63,853 nt of DNA, filler included, from Sluysia triapertura (GCA_046118255.1; 5 parts of 5 records of this genome joined end to end with filler, not necessarily neighbours in it); one strand, 5' to 3'; counted from the first letter of the whole stretch, positions 1-12,925 are shown. Made by a program: numbers and translations. Notes: generated by a model not told the origin, from the letters alone.

Positions 1-78
1 AAAGATTAATTAAGTCGAAAAAATTATATAAAATTAAAATTAATATAAAATAATTTTTATTTATTTATTTATTTTTTA

Positions 79-126
<48 letters not shown>

Positions 127-779
127 TTTTATTATTATTATTAAATTAAGCATTTCCTTTTTACATAATTATTTAAAAAATGAAACATTCCAAATATTCC
201 TAACAAATAACTTTTCATTTTTGTTGTTTATCAGTATGATTCAACTGTTTTTCTAACTTTAACATGTCCTATATTCTATACTGATCGAAATGCATTATTG
301 ATTACAGTAGCATCTTGGTGTTATCAAAAGTAAAGTTGTTTCATATCTGTCGGATAAGAAAAGTGATATTTATAATATATAAAACCTGCATATCTTGTAA
401 AATAGCTTTCAAATTTATATCTTGACTAAATAAAAAACTTGTTAATGTTGGTTATGTGTTCTCTATTAAATCTACAGTTCTCTTTCAAAAGATTTAGCAC
501 AATATATTAAATTAAATATATTTTAAAAACAAAGTTTACTAGAAAATTTTGTTTCATCTTTTAAAGATTTTTGTACTGCGTTTTTAATGCTATTTTTGCG
601 CTATAAATTATTTAGTACTTAAAAACCTGAAATGTCTAAAACTAAATCTAAAAGTAATTCAGTAACCTTAAAATAAAACATCTTAAAATCAAAATAAATA
701 AAAGAATATGCATGAAGCGCACGATTATTGGAATGATTATTGAAAAATTCAATACACTAAAAATACTAACCAACACTAT

Positions 780-1132
780 TGTTAGGTTGACATCAAAATC
801 CTTCTAAAATTACAAAACAAGAAAAAACAACTTATAACATTAATTGGAGCTTATTTTCTGAAAAAGAAACCTTATTTTCTAAAAACGAAAACTACTTACT
901 AAAAATAGAAAAGAAGCTTCTAGAAACATTCTAGATTCTACTCGATTATGATTGGACGTTGGTTTTTATAAATAGCTGCAGTTAATCATAGAGCAAACAA
1001 AATTTTAGACATCATTTTGGATTTAACTATTATTCTTAAAATCAAATAATTTAGTTTTCATTTTGGAATTTACTGTGAAATTTAGAGTTGAAAATTGAGT
1101 CTGGATTTCGATCGTCATAGTGCTTCCCAACA
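780..1132 (+). mobile_element. Probable solo LTR (353 bp)
   Basis: Starts TGTTAGG, ends CCCAACA (imperfect terminal inverted repeat). Internal TTCTAGAAACATTCTAGA and TATAAATAG box near 967. Flanks ACTAT/ATTGT match only 3/5, so the TSD is unconfirmed. Confidence 0.5.
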
Positions 1133-2243
1133 ATTGTTATACACTCAGACAGGATCATTATATTCGCTTCTTCTTTCTATTCAGCATCAATCTAATTTTC
1201 ATGAGTGTGGTAAGTTGTTTTTGTTAAGGTGATTTTTATTTACCCCGATGTAATGATGGAAATATTTTTAATTTAAACAGCTAAATGGCTAAAAATTTAA
1301 ACATCCATCAGGATTTTAATTTTAAATTTGATTATTTTGTCTTTGATCTTATATAAACCTTTTATATTTGCCTATTTGATTGTTACTAATAAAAATTACG
1401 TTTTTAATTGTTATTTACAAAGTAATTGAGATTTAGGACTCTCAATCGTATAAATTTGCATGTGCTTGATTATAGTTACAGAAACGCCTTCATTACGATT
1501 TAAGACGTTTATTGTAACCGGACCCTACTTAGTTTTCATTTTGTTGTAGGTTAAGTAATAAGAAAACCGCAGCATAATAATATTGTCAGTCAAATATTAT
1601 AGCCGAAACTTAAATAATACATATATATGATATTGGCCATTATAAGACATTATAATATAGAATTATATTAACTAAATTAAAATGGTTAAATCACAATACC
1701 TTCTCTTCCACCAAAGACGATTAGAACAAATTAATTAGAGTAGTAAAAATACCTTAGTTATTTTAATTGATAATAAAGTAATCATTTTCAATACATACAA
1801 CATATGTTAAAACATACAAACTCATCCTAAATATTTTTCACTGGAATTTTAAGTAAGCCATTAAAATTAGTTTATAAAATTAATTTATACTCTAGTTAAA
1901 GAAAGAAATCCTTTATGTTATTTTTATTTTTATATCTATATTGATGTTCAATTAAAATATTATACTTCAACTATTATTGACTTCTTATTATCATTAATAT
2001 CCATAGAAAATAATTTGCCGTTTTCAAGTTCTATTTTAAATAAGAACTTAAAATTTAGGTTGAGATAAATTACATTTTTAAATCAAATTAAATCAATTTA
2101 TCCGTTTTTCACCTACTATTTTAAAGGAGATAAAATCATTATATTGCAATTCATTTTAAAACCAGGTTAAATTTAATACTGTCAGGCTCACTTTACGACT
2201 CTTTTTTATCACTTATTTTTTGTCTATGAAAATTATATCTGTG

Positions 2244-2309
2244 TTAACGCATTCTATGCGGGCTATTTTAATGTTACATAAATTAAGTACTATGTGCAGA
2301 ATGCGTTAA
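2244..2309. mobile_element. Miniature TTAA-flanked inverted-repeat element (piggyBac-type MITE/footprint, 58-bp core)
   Basis: TTAA-CGCATTCT...AGAATGCG-TTAA (TTAA at 2244-2247 and 2306-2309). Confidence 0.45.
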
Positions 2310-5300
2310 CTCGTTTCCCGCAAAGAATACGTTAATTAATGTGTGTTAATTAATTTCTTTAGATTATTAACGATAACAATAATAACAAAATACTACAATT
2401 AATACTATATGAGTTAACAACTATGCACAATATAATTTTCAATATATTGCTAGATTTTTTCTTGCACTTAGCAAATTGTAATGACTAATAAAGATCCGCC
2501 TATGATATACGATTTAAACCTAAGGTGACGTACTCGTAGATACAGGCTATCTCTTTTTCTAATCTTTTCTAAAAAAATATTATGACTAAAGCTTCTTAAT
2601 TATAACTAAGCTTATCTTAACTTATGAAAATTAATCACTTATTCTTAGACAGTATCTCCTTTTATAACTTCAATGGCATTCCAAGTTTCTAAGTTCTCTA
2701 AGGGATTTCTTCGCTAATTTATAATTCAATTATTTTATTTATAAAACGATTATAATCATTGAATACTCATTGAATACTTATTGAATACGTAATCAATGAC
2801 TATTCTTGTCTTATCTCAATAAACTATAATCCTATATCGAATTAAGTTAGGGGATTGCTTATGAGTATAAATCAACCATAAGAATATGATACCTTCTAAA
2901 AATTTTGGTCTTCATTAAACAATATAATATAATTAAAATTTTATTTTATTACTCAAATTAGTTTCTTAGATAATTCTTATCTTTACAATTAATCTTTAAA
3001 AAGAAAAGCTCTCAATTATAACCTTATTTAACTTTCTCTATTATTTCTTTAATTTATCTTTATAAATATTTTTGTAATTAGAGTTTAATTAGAGTTTAAT
3101 TAGAGTTTTATTAGAGTTTAATAAATTAATGGTGCCTCTTCTTTGCAATCTTTCATTACTTGTTAATAATTACGTTTCCTTACTATTTCATAAATTTAAT
3201 TTCTAAAGTCCTTTAACAAACAAAGAATTAAAACCAAAGGTCTATTTATTACAATGATAGACTAACAATTATTGCAAGAATAAATTATTAAATACAAAGA
3301 ACAGCAATTAGTTTAACAAGGTATAATAATAAAATAAATGATTGTTTCTAGAGTTATCTCTAGAAATATACAATTGAAAATGTTAAAAGTTAAAAGTGTC
3401 TAGCAGAAACTAGACTTGTATGTTACACGTTTGAGTGGAAAATTGTCTTTCTTGATAGAAAGATATACTTATTAGTAATGAACTTATTGCAGCTCGAAAC
3501 TAATATAAATTAATAGATTGATTGTCGATAACGTCAGTCTCCAAATCGTGCCGGAATACAAATCAGTTTCGTTATTCGAACTGGAGTTATAATTCGATAA
3601 TTTCTGTTGGTTAAGCTGGAACAGTGATTGATAACAGAAACTATAAATCAGTAATTTCTGCTGATTAACTGGAACTTTAAATGATAACTATATTGAGCTG
3701 ATAATTAATATCACTGGATGCTGCCGATAAAATTGTCCGAGTTCATTATCCGTTTCTTTTGTTATGTCAGAACTGAATATTTACGAAAACCGGAAATCTA
3801 AATTAATAATAATAATAATGATAATGATAATAATAATAAATTAACCTTAAATGACCCCATACCTAAAATAATTAAAATGAATAATAAATTATTAGTAATG
3901 TTACTAAAAATAAATACACTTACGGATAATGTATAAGCAAGTCATTTTTGACAATTAAAATACAAGAAAATAGAAACGTGATAAAGATTTTGTTCCTGCG
4001 TTCATCGTAACTCATCTATATTAGTGGGTGATCACTCGATTTGAGTTCATTAGTTTTCTAGTGTTTATTTGGCGATCAAACGATTCAGCTTATTATTTTT
4101 TGAGGTTTATTCCAGCTACCATTCCCCAATTTAGTTTATTTCTGTTCCATCGATTTAATTTGATTTTTTTCGCTATCGGTTGATTAAAATTATCCTTAAG
4201 TTTTATTTCTGTTAGGAAATATAACATTTTACTTCACTTACACATTTAGCTTAAGCTAAATATAGCCTCATTTTCAAAAAATTACTAGAAGCAATCCTAG
4301 CCGTAATAAATTATTATTTTAATTATTATATTTGAATTTTGTATTGACAGTTTTTCGTATTTAGTTTTTTAGCATTTGTAATCAATGTAATAGTCAAGTT
4401 TTTCTAATAAAGTAATTTAAAGATCAAGGAAAATAACAAGTGTCGAATAGTAGAATAATTTTATAATAATTGTATTAGTTTTTTAATCAGTTTTAATTAA
4501 TAAAATAATTTATCATGTTTAATAAAATAAATTCATTTTAAAAATTATTAAAATTATAATGCTTTAGTTTCAGTTTAAAATGAGATTATATATAGTTAAT
4601 ATAAATTCAAAATTTAATAACAAATAGCAATTAAATTTAAAGTGAAAATGTAGAAATAATTATTTTACAGTTAGATTCTATAGAATTAATATGAAATTAG
4701 AATTTATAAATATTAAATCTTACTATTATAGTCAAAAAGTAGTAATTAAATGAGAATTAATAACAATATGAACTCAAATTTTAAGAGCATAAAACTCGAT
4801 CAAAATTAACGTAAAGTAAAGATTCATATGTAAAATTAGAGTTATTATTATTATTAATAAAACTTGTACTTAAAAATTATTGATTACTTATAAAATTAAA
4901 TATTGGTTACAATTTGTATAATAGTATTGGTTATAATTGAAATTATATATAAATTTTAGTTTGTATTGATGGAATTAATTTTTGACTTGTATTAACTATA
5001 TTTTGATTCACATTGATTGTTATGATATATGAAATTAATTAACTGTTGACTATAAATACGGTATAACAAGTGGATAATAGACACACGGTAAAGCTGTAAA
5101 TCGAAAGTGAAGAAAAATTAGATTATATATTATGTTTTTTATTTATACATCAGGTTTGTCTATTATATATTGTAACCACTATTTTGTAAATTTTTATAAA
5201 ATAAAAATATAAATGTAAGTTAAATTATAATTCATTGTTTTATTGTTTATTGATAAACTTAGGGTTGAGAATAGAACCATAAAGTAAAATTCCATTAACA

Positions 5301-6700
5301 TTAATCATAATTATAGAAATTTGTCATTCGTATTTAGTACCAAAAGTTTAGTTTGATAGTTAAGCACTTCTATCCTGAACGAGGACGAAAAATATTAATT
5401 CACATCTCCAGTTAGGTTCAATATAAAGTAATAACATTGATAGAGAAGTTCAGAATATTATAAGAATTCGTAAAGAGATTTAATTAAATAGTAAAGAACA
5501 AGAGTTTTGCAAGTATGAACAAAATTTATAAAGTATAAAACAGCATTAAAGTATAAAACAGCATAAAAGAAATACTGTAAATATGTAAAGAAAGCTCGCT
5601 CTCTAAGTATGAGATGAATTGATGGTAAATTCACTCTACCAAAGAAATAAAAATCGATAAGCCAAAACGAATTAAGCTAAAATAAAGATATACAAGACAA
5701 CTAGCTGATTCAAATTAATTCAGATAATAAGACCCAATTACTACCAAAAAGTTAAACTGGATGAAAGTATAACTAAGGATAAGCATAAATTCAAGAACTA
5801 ATCCAGTTAATTTTATTCTAACTTTAGCCATAGTACTTAATTATTTATATCTGCTTTGTGTTGCTTGTAATCATTTGTGCTTATATTTACTCATTCTTTC
5901 ATTTCTAGATTATTAAAATCAATTTAGTACAATCCATTCTATATTCTTATTATATTTTTATTTTCTTTTAATCCATTCTAAAGTTAAATGTATTTTAAAA
6001 GCATTTCTTCTTTTATTTTCAGACTTTAAGCTTTCCCTTTCAAAGTAATAAGAATTGAGTTTTCAAATTATTTATTTTGTTTATAAAATTTTAATTCATT
6101 TACTTTAAGAATCAATTTATAATCATTTAGTATACTTTTACAATAATATATTTAAATCATTCAAAAATAACCTTATAACACTATATATAATAATGTGTTC
6201 ATTTAATTACTCATTTAATTTTTTATCACTATGGACAAAGATATCACGAAATAAAAATAAATATTTGTACAATTCTTCTTTTACCAAGATATGTGTTCTT
6301 ATAAATGAATATTTATAAATATTTTCCAGAAAAACGTAAACATGTTTTTTCCTAAAAATTTGACAAATGTCCGCTTAACAGAAGCAATTTGATATTGGCA
6401 TTTTCAGAAAACAGTTATGTTCTACTTTCACCCAAAATATTTCCGATATAAGCAACTTTAAAGGTATTTTATCAATGCCATCGAAGCAGAAAATCATTCA
6501 ATTACTCGAAGAAATAAATTTTGTAATTCGGACGCTCGTTGTAGTTGAATGTCAGATTACCATTTTTTACTCATCACTTTGTCTTTTTTGTACTGAATGC
6601 ATGAATAAATTATAAATTTTAAATCTAAATGCTGAATGTGTAGTTTTTATTTTTCGTCATTAATATTTACAAATATCGTCTGGAGCCAATAAATAAATAA

Positions 6701-6701
<1 letters not shown>

Positions 6702-6758
<57 letters not shown>
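6702..6758. repeat. (ATT)n microsatellite; similar tracts at ~79-140, 20713-20760, 29700-29750 and 31068-31131
   Basis: Direct reading of trinucleotide runs. Confidence 0.95.
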
Positions 6759-7708
6759 TAAAAAAATAATAAATTATATTAATTGCTTGAATACCAACTT
6801 GTACAATTTGTCTTTACTTCATAGACATTTGCAAATTGTGCCAGTGTCATTTTAACATTACCACCAAACTAAGCATCATCAATTTTGCTGTGTGGATATT
6901 TAATTCCCTACCACATATACTTTTGAAAAATCAACAAAATTTATACAAAATGTAGAAAGAAGTCTATTTTATTAGAATTTAAACAAATCTTGAACTATAT
7001 TGACCCAGACATGTATCGAAAGATTAAATGAATAACTATTTATAAAAAGAATTCATTGAAAAACAGGCAGCTGGGATAATAAAAACGTTAATTAGACAAC
7101 GAATAATTTAATAAAAATATTTTATGAGCTAAACAATATTCGATTATTACAAAGACGCTAATTTTTTAAATTATTTTATTATGGTAATTTTTTTGAATAA
7201 ACATGTTTCAAGAATTATTCCTTTATTATTAGCTTCAAAACTCATTTGTTATAGTTAGTTAGAGACACTATTGAAAACGATATAATTTTAGAACAGAGTA
7301 TATACTTTGGTGAATTTGCTGAAAGCATTTTATAAAATGTAAAAAGTTATTGCCAATAAATGAATACTCAATAACTCTTAAAATGCAGCTTCTATAAAAC
7401 ACTCAAAAACAAATAGTAGATAAATTCTGAAAACTTAAATTTATTATACATATTGTTAAATTTTAAAATTATATCTCATTTTATACTATATTTGAGGTTT
7501 CCTTTATATAAAACCAAACATTTAATTAAAATACAAAATGAATTTGTTAGATATATAATGTTTTTGTAATTGTTTATCAATTTATCTTTCCGATTAATTT
7601 CATCGTTCAACTAATAAAATAAGAGCTATTACACTTTAAGAAATAACTTTCTAATGTGTTAGTCGGTAGGAATTTTAAAATTTTATTTACTATAAAGAAA
7701 TTAATTAC

Positions 7709-8908
7709 CTGCAAAGTGACTTTGGCAGAAACACGCCCTGGGCTATGCAATTGTGGAGCTTGTTGAATATGTGGTGATGTTGTTTTTTTGTGCGGAGAAT
7801 TGGAATCATAATTAGTAGCGCTTATATGACTAATGGGTGAAGGAGATTGCTCTTTGTCACTATATGGTAGACATGGACTAGAAACTGATGCAGCTTGATG
7901 ATCCAATTCAACAACCTGTGGTGGCTCACTTTCTTGACATTGTTCATCAATTTCTTCTTGTATTGGTACTTGAATTAACTGATCATATGTAGGAATTGGT
8001 GTATAAACAATGCGTCTATTATTCAGGGACGGAGGATTTAAAACACCACTTTCAGGTAACAACATTTTATTAGGATTAGAATTTATATTATTGTGATGGG
8101 GTGGCGTTGTAGGACTAAGAAGAAGAGCGAGATGATTTCGAAGAATTACAAGATTTTCGGGAAGCTCATTCACTGACGGCAAGCAGTCTATAAAGAAATG
8201 TTACTTTTTAACTAAGAAATAGTTACCGTGAGGTGTACGTCCTCGAGCATCACGAAAATCTCGATCAGCTCCCTTACGTACTAGTACACGTGCAGAATCT
8301 AAGGCTAATTGAGCAGCAGCGATATGTAAAACTCCACCACGGCATAATTCACCACAAGTGGCTCGAATATCAGCACCTCGATCGAGCAAAATTTCTACAG
8401 TACTTGGAACATCAAAATAAACGCTGTAATGCAATGGAGTCATGTCTGTCCATTTACAACGTGCTTCCAACAAAGCACCTTCATCTAATAAATAACTCAC
8501 CATTCTACTAGCTAAACCTTCTTCTCCCTGTGCTCCAGATTTAGCAGCATAATGCAAAAGAGTCATATCAGTTAAACCGTCACGATCATTAACATTCGCA
8601 CCTTGTGCAAACATTTGTTCAACAATGGTTTCCAATTGAATTTGTACAGGTCTTGTCCACTGACGAATAACAGCAAACAATTGAGCTACATTGACATTGG
8701 AACTTCGTACAACTTCTAAACAACCTTCACAATCTAAATCGAAAAAACACAATCCATATGCAGCACAATTTTGACAAAGTGGAGCTTCAACTGCCGGATG
8801 AGTAACAGGATATTTTCTACGTTCTTGCATTGTTTCTACACTCATGATTAAAGCCATTGGTGGTTGTGATTGGTCTTTTACATTTCTTTTCACTTTGGAA
8901 GATGGCAT
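7709..8908 (-). CDS. CAP-Gly domain-containing linker protein 3/4 homologue (ankyrin-repeat N-terminal part), partial; exons 8908-8227 and 8187-7709
   Basis: VNDRDGLTDMTLLHYAAKSGA, WTDMTPLHYSVYFDVP and LHIAA match CLIP3/CLIP4 ankyrin repeats. A 39-nt GT-AG intron (8188-8226) joins the two ORFs in frame (TPH-D-CLPS). Donor CAG|GTAATT at 7709. CAP-Gly exons were not found in the remaining contig. Confidence 0.85.
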
Positions 8909-9505
8909 ATTATTTTACATAGCATGAAAAATTAGCTAAAACTAAAAACCAAAAAATAATTAGTAAAAAATCTAAAATTAGAAATATTTTATGATTGGAA
9001 ATATTTATTTTTGATTGTGAAAAAATTGAATGTTTAAATCACACTAAATTATTTTAAAAAATTATGAATTATAAAAAAATTTATTTTTAATAAATATTGC
9101 TTATTTTTTTCATTTCTTAGTAATTATGAAATATTTGTGTACATTTCCATAACATTAACTATATATTAAAATTATATATTAAAAAGCATTTAAAGCTAGG
9201 GTAAATTGGTATTAAAAACTTTTTAGACACGAAAGTACAAAATCTAAACCTTACCAAATATTATTTTAAAATTGTTAATTAAGTCTAATAATTTAGTTTT
9301 TATAATCGTGAGAATTTGAAGCCAACCTATTAAGTACATTAAATATATAGATTTTTTAAAATAACTAGTCTCTAAACTTATTTGATATACATATTTTTTG
9401 AGAAATAATAAGAAAATTTTGCAAATAAATACGAGTACTAATTTTTTTAAATAATTATTTAAGATAATTATTTTTCATATTTTCATAAATTCATAATTAT
9501 TCTTG

Positions 9506-10228
9506 ATGATATCTAAAATAGGTATTAAATATATTGAAGTGTATATTCCAAAGTTGTTTGTTGATCAAAAGGATTTGGAAGTGTATGATGGTTGCATTGG
9601 TAAGTACACCAAAGGTTTGGGACAGTTAGAAATGTCAATATGTAGTGATTTAGAAGACATTAATTCAATTTGTCTCAGCGTTACAAAGCGATTATTAGAT
9701 CGACATAAAATAAATCCCATTGATATTGGATTTTTGGAGGTTCGATCCTTTTTTATTGTAACATTTTTTAGGTCGGTACCGAAACAATAGTTGACAAATC
9801 AAAATCTACAAAAACAGTTTTGATGCAGTTATTTGAATCGTATGGAAATCATGATATTGAAGGAGTCGATGTAAAGAATGCGTGTTTTGGTGGAACGGCA
9901 GCATTATTTCATGCTTTAGATTGGTTAGAATCTAGTAATTGCGATGGAAGATTAGCTTTAGTAGTTGCTGCTGATATAGCGGTATATGGTGATAAAGTAA
10001 GTAGGTGCACTGGAGGTGCAGGGGCGGTTGCTATGTTGTTAGGACCCCAAGCTGCTTTAATAGTAGAACCAGGGTCTCGGGCTCATTATATGTCACATCA
10101 ATGGGACTTTTTTAAACCAAATTTAGATTCAGAATATCCTGTTGTTAATGGACCTCTTAGTATAAAATGTTATCAAACTGCTTTAGAAAAATGTTATGAA
10201 AAATATCAACTAAAACTTATAAACAAAA
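9506..10228 (+). CDS. HMGCS1: Hydroxymethylglutaryl-CoA synthase, 5' part; exons 9506-9739 and 9772-10228
   Basis: [23 protein letters not shown] (restored by removing 32-nt intron 9740-9771), catalytic [25 protein letters not shown] and [10 protein letters not shown]. Donor GTAATT at 10229. C-terminal half not found in the contig. Confidence 0.93.
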
Positions 10229-10611
10229 GTAATTTTTATTTAATTTCAATAAAATTTACTATATTAGAATTTTATAATGAACAATAATTAAACTAAAAAT
10301 GTTTAAATACCAAATTATAAATGATGATTTTGCATAATGTTGATATTAGTTATATAAAAATTATTATATAATTCTAATAAAAACCGGTAGTTTATTACTG
10401 TAAAATTAAGTTTTAACAATATTATAATTTAAGGTTCGTTTTTGGGTGTTTTCCACAGGTTTAATTTAATTTTTACAACACAAAATAATTAATTTTTTTT
10501 ACATTTATCAAAAAACACTATTTAAAACACACTCGAAGTTTTATAAAAAAAGTAAGATTTTAAAATTTAAAAAATTTATTAAAAATTAAAATTTTAAGGA
10601 TATTTAAGCTT

Positions 10612-12120
10612 TTATAACTGTTGTATTATTTTGCTCAATATTGCAACTATTTCAGGCAGTGAATTCATTGAATGTACCATGAACAAAATTATCGTGAAAT
10701 TAACTAAAATATAAACGCATAACAAATAGTTGAGCAAGATCTTAATTATAGGAAGTGCAATGAAGTTTATGGGTTGTGTATGCATCTCTGTGTTGCGAGA
10801 TGAACGCTTAATATTTTTGGGTAGATTAAAAAGCCTATTTATACCTCGTATGCCTTTAATGTTATTTACAGTTGTCAGTTTATGACTTGATAACTTGACT
10901 CTATTTTCACTGTTATACGTTTTAACCACAGCTTTACTATTATAATTATTATGAAAGATTTTGTCTGACCTTCGGCTGTGATTTGCCCTAATAAACGTTT
11001 GATTTACTTTAACGTAGTTGCCTATTATTTCATTATTTAAATTAACTTGTAAAGATGATTTATTATAGAAAAATGAATACGACGAAACATTTATTAAGCC
11101 TTTGTATTTCATTATAAAGTAAGTTTTAACGTTTGGGTACCTCCTCTGCTGGATTTCAGTCTCCGTGGATCCGAGTGCACTGAATGAAATTGGTCTGTAA
11201 TTAAAATAATAAAACGTAAAATAATCATTGCTTATATATGTACAATTAAGAAGAAAATGATTACCTAATACTAATCTGAATACATCATTATACTTTGACT
11301 TGGATTCATCGTGGTAAGCGAAATTGACTACATCTCCGTGGGCCGGTTTGAACGGAACTTCAAACGCTAAAATGAGTTTATCGCCGTGCACCAAATTGAA
11401 AGGAACATCAAACGCTAAATTGAATTTGCCATCGTTCGCTGGACCAAATACATAATCGTACGCGTTATACGCTAAATTGGTTGCTCCATCACACATTAAC
11501 TTGATCACATCGTATTTACATCGCTCAAAATTATGTACATAATTTACATCGGACGTACCATCGTAGATTAACTTAACTATGTCATCTTTGCATTGCTTAA
11601 TTTTCATTGATTCAAAACAATTAATTATCGTTGCTAAAAAGAAATCATTTGGCTTTAAACATTTCGAGTTATTCTTGATTGTTGAATAAGCTTGATCATA
11701 AGATTCGAAGGAATAGTGAAATGCACTCTGGCAGCTTACAATATCGTATTTACAATTAAACATTTCGCTGAGATTACTATTTATAAGGTGCATACAGTAG
11801 AAATCTGCGGAAAATAAACATTCACGATTTTCGTATCTTGCTTGACTTTCTTTAACTAAAACTTCTGCAATATCTAAAAATGTAACATGGCCGACTCCTG
11901 CTTTATTCCATTTTAGTATGTCACCACGCTTGTCAGAAACTAGATCTAAAACTTTAACAGAAAGCATATCTTGTCTAAGACTATCCATCGCATAGATTAT
12001 CAGGACACTTTTGGTCGAATTGTTTAAATTTCGCAAGCAATTAATTGATGCTTCATTACGCATTAGCAAATCGTTCTTTATATTATCATAGTGATTCTTA
12101 ACTAAATGAGTATTCGACAT
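10612..12120 (-). CDS. Intronless chimeric ORF: degenerate mRNA cap guanine-N7 methyltransferase (RNMT/Abd1-like) domain + 8-aa repeats + hydrophobic C-terminus
   Basis: VKNHYD, LRNLNNSTKSVLI, VLDLVSDKRGDILKW (canonical VLDLGCGKGGDLLKW), YDIVSCQSAFHYSFES and LKPNDFFLAT. First ATG at 12120; frame open ~500 codons. Confidence 0.7.
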   Translation of the reverse strand: MSNTHLVKNHYDNIKNDLLMRNEASINCLRNLNNSTKSVLIIYAMDSLRQDMLSVKVLDLVSDKRGDILKWNKAGVGHVTFLDIAEVLVKESQARYENRECLFSADFYCMHLINSNLSEMFNCKYDIVSCQSAFHYSFESYDQAYSTIKNNSKCLKPNDFFLATIINCFESMKIKQCKDDIVKLIYDGTSDVNYVHNFERCKYDVIKLMCDGATNLAYNAYDYVFGPANDGKFNLAFDVPFNLVHGDKLILAFEVPFKPAHGDVVNFAYHDESKSKYNDVFRLVLGNHFLLNCTYISNDYFTFYYFNYRPISFSALGSTETEIQQRRYPNVKTYFIMKYKGLINVSSYSFFYNKSSLQVNLNNEIIGNYVKVNQTFIRANHSRRSDKIFHNNYNSKAVVKTYNSENRVKLSSHKLTTVNNIKGIRGINRLFNLPKNIKRSSRNTEMHTQPINFIALPIIKILLNYLLCVYILVNFTIILFMVHSMNSLPEIVAILSKIIQQL

Positions 12121-12805
12121 TGTCGACAAATACAATTATTAATATTTTTAATTTTTTAAATGTCCAGCTTGATAATTATTATTAATTTACTATGGCTGCC
12201 AATTAATTTTTATTACTCTTTGTAACAAGGATGAGTAATTTTTGTTCGTACAATTTATTACACACAAACCAGTATTGATTTGGTGATGACTGGCTGGCAG
12301 TGAAAATGAAATTGTGTGTCCCTGTTATAAACGTGAGGCTGCAATTTTGTTACAGGCACACATGCAACAATATGTGTTTGGGTGTCATTCTGTTTTATGA
12401 AACAAGAGGTGTGTGTATTTTACAAATGGCTGCCAAAAAATCACCAATTCAATCGCTGCTTTACCTTACATATGGAAGGAAATTTTTTTTGTGCTCTGGA
12501 CTTGCTGATGAGTGGTATGCCCAATCAGAATGTGTTTCATTACATGAACAAGATTTTGCATTCTGATTGGGTGATGTGAGAATTATTATGAATTTGATTA
12601 TACACACTCATCAGCAATGAATTGTAAAATAACTAGCCATTACGTCACGCACTCTATGTATCTTTCACTATTAAAATTATGTACAGGATGACTAATAATA
12701 AAAGTACATAATAATAAGAATAGTAATAATAATAATAATAATATTAAATTAATAGAAATATAATAATAAATGATAATAATATTAAGAGTAAATAGTAATT
12801 AGTAA

Positions 12806-12925
12806 TGTTGCGTCTTTAAAAATTACTAGCTTTTGCGACTCAAAATGACTTAAAGGAATTTCGATAGTTTTAATAGTCAAATTATTAAATATATTTTTAA
12901 TAACGTTCTCTATGGTATCACTAAC
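12806..12925 (+). mobile_element. LTR 5' end (TGTTGCG family), cut by the contig end
   Basis: TGTTGCGTCTTTAAAAATTACTAGCTT is nearly identical to the reverse complement of 50067-50094. TGTTGCG is the inverted counterpart of the CGCAACA end at 50540 that precedes a PBS. Confidence 0.55.

Noticed and set aside
3077-3122. Short tandem repeat (ATTAGAGTTTA x4) as a CRISPR-like or telomeric array
   Set aside because: No spacers, eukaryotic context; an ordinary minisatellite.
8233-8511. Plus-strand ORF overlapping the ankyrin gene; likewise 47325-47534, 47724-48044, 48392-48688, 48774-48971 and 45672-45959
   Set aside because: Antisense shadows of real or decayed coding sequence, with no recognisable motifs.
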